From positions 32,120 through 96,119 of the forward strand of contig DF237307.1 of NCBI GenBank assembly GCA_000708835.1: a stretch of DNA of 64,000 bases. Direction: 5' to 3'. Shown here piece after piece: positions 1-11,253 of the stretch. Position numbers and translations under genes: made by a program. The notes beneath the pieces are model-generated. The model was not told the origin of the DNA. It saw nothing but the letters and a program-made list of their open reading frames with translations, and made no database searches. This DNA is from Klebsormidium nitens. Its lineage: Eukaryota > Plantae > Klebsormidiophyceae. Every line of letters starts with the position of its first letter. The first letter of the stretch is position 1.

Positions 1-1139
1 CCTTCTCCACCGCCCGCTCCATGCGAGCAATGGCATCGTAGAGGCACTTGGTGATGTCCAGCAGCGCAATCACCTCGTTGTTCTCAACCACCGGCAGATG
101 CCGGAACTTGCCTGCACGCACCCGCCACACAAGCCCACCCTCAGACCACTCAGACCGCAGCTTCAAAACTTGGGCCCAAGTGAGGACTACGATTTGCAGC
201 ATTACGGGCAAGCCCTGTTGCAACACAATAAAGCGGCAAGCCAACACAAAGTGCTGAGGCTTGTGTCGAGTGACTGTATTCACGGCTGCCAAGGGGAATG
301 TGTTTGCAATCCTACCTGTGACCATAATCTGGAGTGCTTTCACAGCGCTCGACTCCGCCTCCACAAAGCGGGGTTGTCGGGTCATGACATCTGACACGAG
401 AGTCTCGTCCGGGTTCAGGCCCTCAGCAATCACACGGGTGGCAATGTCCTGCAGGCCATGACAAGGATGTCTTGCTGTCTGTGATTGAAGCATCGGGCCG
501 CTCCATGCATTGCCAATTCTAGCCGCCACAAGCAAGAACAATTTCTCTACAAACTTACAAGTGCCTTTCAAACAGTGTGCAGGGGGGGGGTGGTGCACCC
601 GCGCCTGGCCGCCCCTTGGGCGCTGCGCTCCTCCTGACCTTGTCGGTGATGATGCCGCACAGCGATGCACTGGAGTCAGTGAGCAGAGCGGCATCCACGC
701 GCCTGGCAGACATGCTCTGGCACACGGTGGTCACGTTGTGGCTGACCGACACAGTGAGGGCCTTGGACAGCCGCAGCCGCTTCACCGTCCGGTCGCCCAT
801 CGACCTGAAAGGGCAGCGACGCACGCACAAATGAGCCGCGAAAGGCACAGCCCTGATCAGCAGACTTGCGAATCGACGGTGCGACAGTCAGCCTGGCAAA
901 AAGGTGCCAGATGAGCTGACAATGAGCGGGAGCTCGTGCACTCAATGAGGCGGGACTGCAGCAACCAATCTGCATCCGCGCCCTGAACTCCTGCAGGGTG
1001 GTGCAATCTGAGCCCACCTGGGCCCTGGCACAGGACTCTTTGGACCCACTGATTGGGACGTCTTCCTTCTCGACGATGCCCCCGAAGTCTTCCTGGAAGG
1101 TCCCCCCCTCTCATAGTTCCCTGCTGCATACGGATCCAT
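1..1139 (-). CDS. CBS-domain/PB1 protein (CBSCBSPB family), 3' end beyond the left window edge. Exons 1139-1018, 804-639, 448-316, 111-<1
   Basis: The spliced translation MDPYAAG...RSMGDRTVKRLRLSKALTV...VDAALLTDSSASLCGIITDKDIATRVIAEGLNPDETLVSDVMTRQPRFV...GKFRHLPVVENNEVIALLDITKCLYDAIARMERAVEK matches plant CBSCBSPB proteins. GT/AG sites keep frame at each junction. Confidence 0.9.
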
Positions 1140-2445
1140 AGGACGCAATCACCAAGCACAAAGCAGAATGGGAGGAAAGCCTGCGAGCGAGAGTGTTGAA
1201 GTAAGGCGCCCGATATGGCCCTAGAAACTCTCCACATTCTATTGCGCGGGCCAGCAGGCTTTGCACCAAGGTTGCAAGGTCCAAGGTCCAGGACCAAGGT
1301 GAGCTTCTCGGGCCAAATCACTGATCAGACTGAGTCTGCGCAGCAGTGGAGGCGAATATCTTCGAAATTCGAAATTTGGTGGGAACAGTGAACTCCACGG
1401 CGACCGGATGCCTGAAATCTGCATGGTTCGAATTTCAGCGACTGGAACTGGTGCCAGAGTCGATACCCCCTTCCATGAAGTCGCCGCGAACCACGTGCTC
1501 ACTTGTAGTTCCACCTAAAGTAGGTAGGTACATAAAATGGAGCAGATACATACCTATTGGAGAAATACATAATATCCATATTAGCATGCCACTTGTCCAT
1601 AACATTGGTTCCCCGTTACCAACGAGGAAGCTCGAGACGCGCGGGACTTATCTGGGTCAAGAATCCAACTTGATAAGTAACGGCGCATGGTAAAACTTAC
1701 TAGGTAACAGGGATATACGCGAGCGGTCAAGTCTAGACTCTGACGTGCAATATCGGACCAGCAAGGTTGCACGGTTGCACCCGCCAAGCTGCTATCTGAG
1801 AACTAGGGACAACAAACCGGTTGAAAAATTCGTCGAACAGGGTTCCAGCCATTTGGGCTGCACCAGCATTCGGTACTAAATGCTTGGCGCGGTCACCCCG
1901 AAGCTGTCTTTTGTCATCACCCGCAGTGAGGCTAGCAGTAAAGGCGCCGGCATCGGCCGGTGTCGCGCGAATTTAATTCAAGATCGAATGTCGCGCGCGG
2001 CCGCGTCGGCGGCGAACAACTAGCCGTGCGAGGAAAAAACAGAAGGCAGCTGGGGGCCTGACGAACGACCGTAACGCTAGTGCAGGCCCAAGAAGAGCTG
2101 GATGGAGGGCTACGACGCGAGCCCGAGAGAGCAGGGAGCATGGGAAGCCGAAGGCGACTGGGCTGAGGCGAGCAGGTAAGTTGAAAGAATTTTGAAGTAT
2201 ACAAGGGTGGGCCAGGGTGGGAAGCGCAAAATTCTTCCTAAGCGGGCGCCATGGCGCCCTTCGAAAGCTCTTCCGAAAATGCACAGGACCAGTGCGGGGT
2301 CTCATGCATTTTTGTGCCGAAAGTTCGGTAGTTCGCAACCGTCCGATTCGAGGTATCGTAATCGGACCAATCAAAAAGTTGTCCACTATCTTCAGTCCAG
2401 AGACAGTGACCTTCGAACCTGATCAACCCAGCTCAGGAGGTTTCC

Positions 2446-4330
2446 ATGATGGCGTCTGGGGCGCTTCAAGTCGCTTGCAGGACAGCAAGGTGATTGTGGT
2501 AGTTGATTGGCTGCCCAGAGGGATTGGTGCTCTAATGCCCAATGTCTCCGAAGAAGTTCATTTGATTCTTTCAAATGGGTGAAGCCCCTCGAAGTTTCTT
2601 TGGAAGATATTGTCCCACAGCGACCTGTTGTAAGCAGCACTTCTGCTCATCAGTGATTGCTGATTGGGAGGAGAATCAAATTCATTTGCAGCGGTTGCTA
2701 CCTGGCATTGTCCTTCTCTTATGCAGGTTGTGATGAAACACAGGCTCTCTCTGATGACACGCAATTTGGTCGCCAATTGGTGGCTGATTGCTGCAGAAAC
2801 ACTCCCGTTGCCTCATTGTTCCTCTCTGTGTACAGTCGCGCCATTGCTATCCCTGGCGCTGCGCACGTGGAGCCGCCGGGCGGCTGCTCCACCTGCCCCG
2901 CGGCGGGCTTCCACTCGCGGAGTGGCGCAGGGGCGCTGCTGCGCCGCAATCCCCGGGGCGCCAGCTTTTGTGTCCCCGATGCCGACCTGCTAGCGGAGCG
3001 GCGCGAGCGCGCTCTGAGTGGGGCCGGGAGCAGCTTCACGGGGGAGAGAACTGGCCTTACAAGGCTCGCCACCAAGCGGATAACGCCTGTGACTTTGGAC
3101 AGGTCAGGGCATGTGGCGCAGCCTTTGCAACCCTTGCTGAAGTCGTGGAGCTGGTGTTTTCCAACATGGGTTCTCTTCCAGATTCCTTGTTGCTGCCCAG
3201 GGGGCTTGGTCGGTGCTTTGCCTTGTGTCCTTGAGCTGTCAGCACGGTGTGATTTTGCGGAGCCAGCCCCGAGGTGGCGTCCATGGTGCTGCAACCGCCC
3301 GCCCTCTCTGGTCCTCGCAAGGGCTTGGGCCGTCTTCTCTCGGCCGTATCTGAGATGCTGGTGGCTGTTGTGTCCCCCCAGGCGGCGCGGTGCGGCGGTG
3401 GCAGCGCGCGCCCCTCGGCGGAGCGCTGCGAGTAGTGCTGCCACCCTGGACAAGGATGCGGGGCAGGACGAATCGCTGGCGGCATCGCGCCGGCGTGCGC
3501 TGGAGGACGCCATGGCGGAGATCAACGCGCAGTACGGCAAGGGTACCGTTACGCGTCTAGGCGCCACGGGCGTGTCCTCTGGGGTGGAGACCTTCCCCAG
3601 CGGCTCGCTGGCGCTGGACTACATCCTGGGGGGTGGGCTGCCGCGGGGCAGGATTGTGGAGGTCTGTAAAAATGATCTTTGTGTTCAGCACACCTCTTCA
3701 GATGAGCCACGCCATGCGTACAGCTTGCTCAGGCCCGTTTCGCGTCTGCTGCCTTTGGACCACCATTTGCAGTTGCCTGCTCTCCCAGGTATTTCTACTA
3801 ACTGCAATGCTTGGCATTCTTTCACCACGCCTGGCGCCCCCCCTGCTGGCTGCCCCCATTCTTGAGCGGTGCCGTCGTGCGCGCAGGTGTACGGGCCGGA
3901 GAGCAGCGGCAAGACAACGCTGGCGCTGCACGCCATAGCGGAGGTCCAGAAGGCGGGCGGCAACTGCCTGCTGATCGATGCGGAGCATGCGTTTGACCCC
4001 GACTACAGCGGCGCGCTGGGCGTGAACATGGACGAGCTGGTCGTGTGCCAGCCCGACAACGGCGACATGGCGCTCAACACCGCGGACCACATGATCCGCT
4101 CCTCCGCCGTTGACCTCATCGTCGTAGACTCCGTCTCTGCGCTTGTGCCCAAGGCCGAGCTCGAGGTGCGGCGCCGCCCCCCTGCCCCCCTGCCATGTCC
4201 TTGTTTGGCAGTCCTGCTGCTGGCTGACTCTCTGTCAGCTGCGCATGTTTGTGTGCCTGGGTGCCTGCCTGCTGCTGACGGCGGTGCGTGCTGCGTGGCA
4301 GGGCGACATTGGGAACCAGCTGGTGGGGTC

Positions 4331-4367
<37 letters not shown>

Positions 4368-5793
4368 GCCAGCAGCGCGTCCAAGGCGCGGTGCACCATC
4401 ATCTTCATCAACCAGATCCGGTTCAAGATCGGCGTCATCTACGGCAGCCCCGAGGTGACCAGCGGCGGCCAGGCCCTCAAGTTCTTTGCGTCGCTGCGCC
4501 TGGAGATCCGCAACACGGGCCGCATCAAGGGCGTGCCCGAGGCCGGCCGCGGCGAGGTGGATGTGGGCATCCGCACCAGGATACGGGTCACCAAGAGCAA
4601 GGTCCGTGCCGGCGGCCCCTCAGCAGTGCGGCACACTCGAGCTGTGCCTGGTCTCAGCCCCGTCTCGGCACAGTGTGGAGGCGGCAATGGACAAGCCGGC
4701 TGTGGCCAGAGTGCTGAGGCTTCTATGGGCCTGCCTGCTGCGCAGTCCCCTGGTGCACTAGGCGGGATCAATCAGCTGTTCCAAGTGGATCCTGTTTACC
4801 AGCTGGCGCTGTGGCTCTGTCTGGTTGCGCCCCCTCCTGGCAGCCCTGTCCTGACGGCCTGCTGTGTGTCGTTGTGGGTGGCAGGTGTCACTGCCGTACC
4901 GCACCGCGGAGCAGGACATCATCTTCAAGGAGGGCATCTCGCACCTGGTATGCGCCCCTGCCCCTCCGCTGGTGCGCCAGCGACCACGCCCCTTTCCGTT
5001 GCTCGTTTTTGTCGCTGGCCTGGTGTTTCGGCGGCAGAGCGGCATGTGCTGCTGTTGACCGCTTGGCTGAATGTGCAGGGATGCATCGTGGACGTGGGCG
5101 AGCTGCTGGGCCTCATTATGAAGAAAGGCGCGTGGTACTCGTACGGCGACACCAAGTGAGCCCCGGCCCCCTGTGACCTGCCCCTGCGGGGCCTCCCCTG
5201 CCCGAAGCTGCCCCGCACCGCCTGCCCCCTCTGTCGCCTTGCAGCCGCCCCAGTGATGGCGCGCCTGCTCACTTGCTGCTTGCGTGCGCAGGATCGGGCA
5301 AGGGCGGGAAAAGGTGGTGGCGTTCCTCAGGGAGAATGACGACATCCGGCAGACCATTGAAAAGGTGAGGCCGTGGAACCCATGAGCATCCTGCCTACGT
5401 CGTCGCAACACGCCTGATGTGTGCCGCCCGCGCCTGCTCGTCGTAAGCTGCTGAGGAGCCGGCCGGTCAGTGCTGTCTGCTGCGAAGCAGAGTCTCCGAG
5501 ATCGAAGGATCAGAGCGCAGCTTTCGAAGGCAGGGGTTGCTCGGGCGCTGGCCTTGACCAGCAAGCACGGGTACGCTTCAACCGCGCAGTGCATGTGGCA
5601 GAAGCAAACCCTGCGCTGTCTGTCTCGACAGGACATTCGGGCCAGGATTGCGCAGGATTCTGCGAGCTCTCAAAACGGGAGGGGGGCGTCCTCAGCGTTT
5701 GTTGCTCCAATGGACTCAAACGGCGGACTAGACGAGCTGCCAACGTACGCGGCTGAGGAGGACCTCGGCTTTGCCTCCGATTCAGAATCGTAG
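2446..5793 (+). CDS. RECA: Organellar (plastid-type) RecA recombinase. Exons 2446-2489, 2836-3102, 3382-3661, 3887-4165, 4302-4601, 4885-4947, 5079-5155, 5292-5364, 5632-5793
   Basis: Contains Walker [77 protein letters not shown] and an acidic C-tail. The core from 3382 onward is secure. The first two exons (transit peptide) are inferred from phase-compatible splice sites only. Confidence 0.93.
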
Positions 5794-7225
5794 CTCGATT
5801 CGGTTGATCCTGTGTAAATGAAGTTGCTGCTTGTACAGTCTAGTAAGCGAGCTCTGTGGGAAAAGGTATTGCCCCGTGTGCAAACAACCGGGCAATTGAA
5901 GGATAGGTGTCCAGCAAGGACAAAAATGTAAAGCGTCAACAAGCCGGCATATGGTAGATGTATCTAGGTCTCATTCGAATCAAAAGAGTATCTTCCCAGC
6001 AGCAAGAATCACTGTCGTTGATCTACTATCTGATTCTTTCGAGTGTTTATAGTGAGAATTCTGAGGCCGTCACTCAGTAGCATTCGTAAATGTGGCTTTT
6101 GGAGTCGAATCCTGTAGGTTGTCGGCTGTCATCTTCAAATCGACTACGTTTTGAAAATTGTTACTTTTCGAAGCAACGATCCGTTAAATGTTCGATGGCA
6201 CTGTTTCATTGCTTGAACTCAATGAGGTTCGGCTACGTAAGTCTTGCAAGTGAGATTCGAAGCATCATGTAGCCTATGCTAAATGCTTGCTTCAATCTGT
6301 AATTGTCAAAAGGCTCCTTCCTTCTAATACTACTGCTTCACATGCATGTAGGATACATGTACGTGACAAACTCGAGGCACACCCTAAACTTGGAGTGCGT
6401 CTCCAGATGCATGCATGACGTTCTCTCTCCAAACGACGACGGTAGCCATGTGGGCCATCAGCTTCCGTGCCAATTGGTTTCTAGTGATGACATACATATG
6501 AATTGCAAATTTTCATTCCTAGATCGTCCCACTTTGACGTTGATCGGTCGACCGTATCCCGTGCTTGATCTGTGAGTCAGACCTCTTCAGTGTCTCGCTA
6601 AGATGACAACATGCCGCATGTCTCAGAAGATGGATACAGCGCCTGGCACCGGCCAGCTTCAATGTGCACGAACGGATGTAGGTAAATCCATCACGATCTT
6701 GTCTTTTACAACGATTGATTGTCAACATCATCAATCAAACATGCTGAACCGTAAACGTTGTGAAACATGTGCAATAAAACTTTGCCAGACGTTGAGACGT
6801 GCATTCAGTCTCGCCATACCTGTAGACGTAGGATAGGTAGTTACTGTGTTTATTAGGCACTGAGGCCTTGCTGATTTCATATGCTGCGCTGGCTGACCAG
6901 ACTCTTAGTTTTATCGCGATCGTCGATTTGATAGCAGTGCTCATCATCGAACGGTGGCGATGCTGTTTTGGCGGGGGGTCCCCCGCGCCCGCGGGGCCGG
7001 ACCCCATGCACTCAACATCATCCATGCGCATTGCAACTCTGACCAGTGCAGCGTGCTGGAGCTAGGAGTAGGCGTGATCTTTCTCAAAAGCTCCACCACC
7101 AAGCTGTCGGGGCGGTGGGCCAAATTCCAAGGCAAGCACGACTTGCATCAATTGGGGATTCTTCAATGAACATCTACATCAGCAGGCGCCTGTAGCTGTC
7201 CTCCATTATTGTCTTGCAACAAGCC

Positions 7226-9994
7226 ATGACGGCCGCTACTTCTATTGAGGGGGTGTCTGCAAGCTTGTGTTTGGCCCCCTCCAATAAGACCAGCACAGGG
7301 CGGCGTCCAGCCTCTCCCTTGCTTTGCCATGCCGCAGGGCACAGCACGGGCCTTGTGAGCGGGGCATCACAGCCTGTGCTTGGTTTCGGGGCTGCTGCCA
7401 GCACACAACAGCACGGCCTCTCCCGCCCACCGGAGGTACTAAAAAGCAGATTGGGGAGCGGCCCTTTTCCCCCCTGTGTGTCCTCCCTGGGCTTTACTGC
7501 ACGGCCCGCCACCTTGCGCTGCTTGCAGGCTGCCATGCCAGGGCGCGCTGGTTCGCACCTGTCCAGCTTATCCTTCCTGACCCTGACCGCGCCAGCCCAT
7601 GCTCCCCAAAACTCACCCACTGCCAAACGCCCAAAGAAGTGCCGGGCTACTTTGGCAGCCAACTTGTCCGCTGTTGCGACGGAGGTGAGCGCTGCCCTGT
7701 GGGCGCAGCCCCCCAGCTGGGCTGCCACCCTGGGCGTGAACGCGGCCGTCTTCTCGCTGGGCTATCCTGTGCTGCGCTCCGGCCTCTCCGCCAGCGGCAT
7801 GGCCAGCTCCTTCCTGCTGGGGGTGGCCGCCTGGAAGGGCTTTGGGCCCCCCGGGTACACCCTGGTGTGCCTCTACTTCCTGCTGGTGAGCCCCACAGCG
7901 CAGCGGACGCACCCCGCCTGGCCCCCCCGTGATGCGCCAGGTGCGGGCCGGTGTGCGCTGCCAGGCAGCCACCCGCCACCAAGCAATCACTGTTCTCACC
8001 AGGATTGAGCTGCGGTGCATGGCAGTGTCAAAATCAAAGTGCCCCTTTCTCCGCAGCCCCCCTCTGAGATGGCCGTTTGAAGTCCATGGCGCCATCGCTG
8101 CGCTACTGTGTCTGAGATGGCCTCCTTCCAGTTGCCCATTCCTGTCTTTCACGCCCCTGTCTTGCCTCCCGCCCTGAGCACCGCTCGCCTGTGTGCAGGG
8201 CACTGCCGTGACCAAGTTGCGGCTGCAGCAGAAGCAAGCGGAGGGCATTGCGGAGCAGCGCAGCGGGCGGCGGGGCCCAGGCAGCGTGGTGGGGTCCGCG
8301 GCGGCGGCGGTGGCGTGCGCTGCGGGGGCCACGCTCGGGGTGGGGGGCGCTGCGGCGGTGCCGCTGTGGCAGCTGGGCTACGTGGCCAGCTTCTGCACCA
8401 AGCTGAGCGACACGACCGCCAGCGAGGTCGGCAAGGCCTACGGCAAAACCACGTGAGCAGCCACACCTCGAGGTGGAGCCGCGCCTCCATGTGGCCCCTG
8501 GCCTGGAATAGCCGTGCGAAGCACTGTGTTCTGGCCTTTGTGGGCCTGCCAGACTCGGAGCTTGGTAGTTGCCCGGGCTCCCGTAGGCCCCAGCCTTTCT
8601 CCGCCCTAGTTGCGCCGCATGAAAGTTGCGCGCTGGCGTGCAGGTACCTGATCACCAGCCTGGCTCTGGTGCCGCGGGGCACGGAGGGGGCGGTCAGTGC
8701 GGAGGGCACGCTGGCCGGCCTGGCGGCAGCAGTGGCGCTGGCGGGGGTGGCCGTGCTAGCGGGGATGGTGAGCCGCACAGCCAGCACGGGACGAAGTTCC
8801 GAGATCCTCCAGAAGTATTCGATAGAGAGTGCAAGGAGGGATGGCTTACAGTCTGAACCAGGCGGTCAATTGTCCAAGGAGAGTGTTGCTTTGTCAAGTG
8901 TGCCACAGTCGACATGGCTCGAGTGTCTACCATAGTTGGAGTGCCGTCTGCTCAGAAGCCGTGGTTTGCTTGGCACTTTCAGTGCAGATTCGTGCCGGCC
9001 TTAATGTGACGAACTGTGCCAGGCCCCACTTCGGTCATTCCGCCTGTGCCCCAGACGCATCTAGAGCAGTCCTTCGAACAGCGCCAGTACAGCACCAGCG
9101 GAGCGCCTGTCATGAACCTGGCTTGCGAGGACGCATCTCAACCACGGGGTCCCATAAAGGACTTGTCCAACGTCAAGCTCGGGCTTTTGCATTCGCCCAT
9201 GCTTAGAGCGGCAAGTTCACCCTGTGTCGCTCGGAGAATTTGGTGGGCCTGAAAATGGAAGCTTTGACTTAACGTTCTCTATCTGCGAGTGGCCTGCTTG
9301 CTTGGTGAGGTGCCCTCTTCCTGAGCCGCTCCCTCTCCCCCGTGTTGTGTGCAGGTGGACGGCACGGGGGCAGTGGTAGCGGTCGTTGCATCGCAGGTGG
9401 CCAACGTGTTCGAGAGCTGGCTGGGCGCCACCAGCCAGGGCAAGGCGGGGCGGGAATGGGTACGTCGCACCCTGCTTGCATTCCGCACCAGTGCCCTCTC
9501 AGTGAGAGACACTCCACAATAGGACAACAGGCGTGCATGTTTGTCTGTGCTTTTACCCGATGACTACTTGCTCTCCACGAGCTGGTTCACTGGGTTCCGT
9601 TTCTCTTCTCCAAGTGGGCCGCGAGTGGGCCAACGGTGGGCAGGGCCACTTGCAGGGCTGCTGCTGGTACGGCGTTCCTGCAACACAGATACAGGCTCAG
9701 CCCCATGTATTCAATTCAAGGATCATGTTGTTGGCAGGCCCTTCTAGCGTGATGTCTGGATGTCTTTGCAAACGAGTCGACAAGCGATTGAGACGTCTTG
9801 AGCATGGGGCTTGTCGACCGCGTCATAGGCGCGCTCCTCTGCGTGACACCCCGCTCTGCTGCTGGAGCGCTGTTGAGGCTGGGCGTGGCGTGTGTCGGGT
9901 GCAGCTGTCCAACGACCTGGTGAACGTGCTCAACATCAGCGTCGGCACCACGGTGGCCATCCTACTGCGAGTCGCACTCCTAGGCCGCAACTAG
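7226..9994 (+). CDS. VTE6: Phytyl-phosphate kinase VTE6 (DUF92/TMEM19 family). Exons 7226-7885, 8199-8452, 8644-8767, 9355-9459, 9905-9994
   Basis: A Ser/Ala/Arg-rich transit peptide is followed by PPSWAATLGVN...GLSASG, RRGPGSVVGSAAA, GYVASFCTKLSDTTASEVGKAYGKTTYL...VPRGTEGAVSAEGTLAG, ASQVANVFESWLGA and NDLVNVLNISVG. All are colinear with Arabidopsis VTE6 as recalled. Confidence 0.92.
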
Positions 9995-11253
9995 CGGCCC
10001 ACCCGGGTGGGCTGTCACGGTTGCCAGGGTTGAGAAAGTCCATTGCTGGAGGATCTTTAGAGTGTAATTGTAAAGAGGACACGTGCATTTGGACGCAGAC
10101 AGAGATCAGATTGACATTAAGTCAAGACAAACTTCCAGAAACCGTCACCAAAACCCACATGCTGAGAATTGGATCTGACTGGTAGTTTACCAGCAGCATT
10201 GGTTTATTGCATTAATTGGTCATAGATCGAGAGAACCTCTAAGAGCTTGGGGCACCTCAAAACTTTCCACCAAGAATGAGTACTGATCGTCATTGTGGCA
10301 CGTTCGTGCGACTATGTTTGGCCCGGGCCACTATGAACCTGCAATCATTTTTGGCCCGGTACGTCCACTAATATAGAAGAGTAATGATTTCGTTCTCCGT
10401 ACATGTTCGTTGCGCCTTCCATACATATTGAACGGTGCCACACGGGTCATTCTCTGTCGCATGTGACACGGTAATGCATTTGCATCCATCATGAAAGGTG
10501 CATTAAATGCACAACAGCATGGCCGGCATGTGAACATATTGCATCGGCCATATACATGCCTAGGCCGCAAGCAAGCCCTTTACATGGCACGATGATCATG
10601 CTGTTGTTCGAAGTTCACCGGCCAGCTATCAAAGCATGCTGATTGGATGCCAGTGTGCGCTGCACAACCATGCCGCATAGTTGCAGTACTGTGAGGGGGC
10701 CGCCCCTTTGATAGATTGTTGCAGGGCAATCTTCCGTGCTTGCACGAGAACCTCAAGGGCATCCGATCTGAACAGATCCCAAAGCAAGTGGCTGCACAAA
10801 CGTCTCACGAAACGATCATTGACTGGATATCGTGAATCGTTATAGAAGGATCAATTGAAAGTGCTGTTAGCCTCTAGAGTTACAACACCAACCTAGTAGG
10901 ACTTTACTAGGAGAAGGCTCTTGATCGTACTGAATGTAAGCACCAACGAAAACGGCAACTTGAACACACAAGACACACATACCGTAACGCTAGATTCATC
11001 GGCTCTGCCTCCCTCCGTCAAACATAAGCGACGGTATTAGTACATGTACCTGTACCAGTGGTGATCAGTATGACAACTCTCGATTTGATAAATAGGCCTA
11101 CCTAAAGTACAAGCTTCCTCCGCAGTGTCCTGCACTGTCTCCCCATGCCCAATCTGACGAGACGCTCGCCCCGCAGTTGATCAACGCGTGGAGCGGCTCG
11201 GCCCCCCGGCCGTGCCGCCTTTCAGCCCCGCGCTCCCCAACACTGGGGCTGCG

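Noticed and set aside
1425-1433. tRNA T-loop-like GGTTCGAAT
   Set aside because: No T-stem or cloverleaf can be formed around it.
1346-1693. 115-aa ORF in an AT-richer patch upstream of the CBS gene
   Set aside because: No recognisable motif, non-coding-like composition, and no convincing TIR or TSD.
2719-3567. Long antisense and alternative-frame ORFs in the track (for example 2719-3567, 17206-17841, 26234-27247, 44377-45027, 52712-53473)
   Set aside because: They are shadows of GC-rich exons and introns, with no recognisable domains, overlapping well-supported spliced genes.
5813-10075. TGTAA (chlorophyte poly(A) signal) downstream of several stops (5813, 10063, 18351, 38585, 57374)
   Set aside because: A 5-mer is expected often by chance in 500-bp windows and several genes lack it, so it is not usable as evidence.
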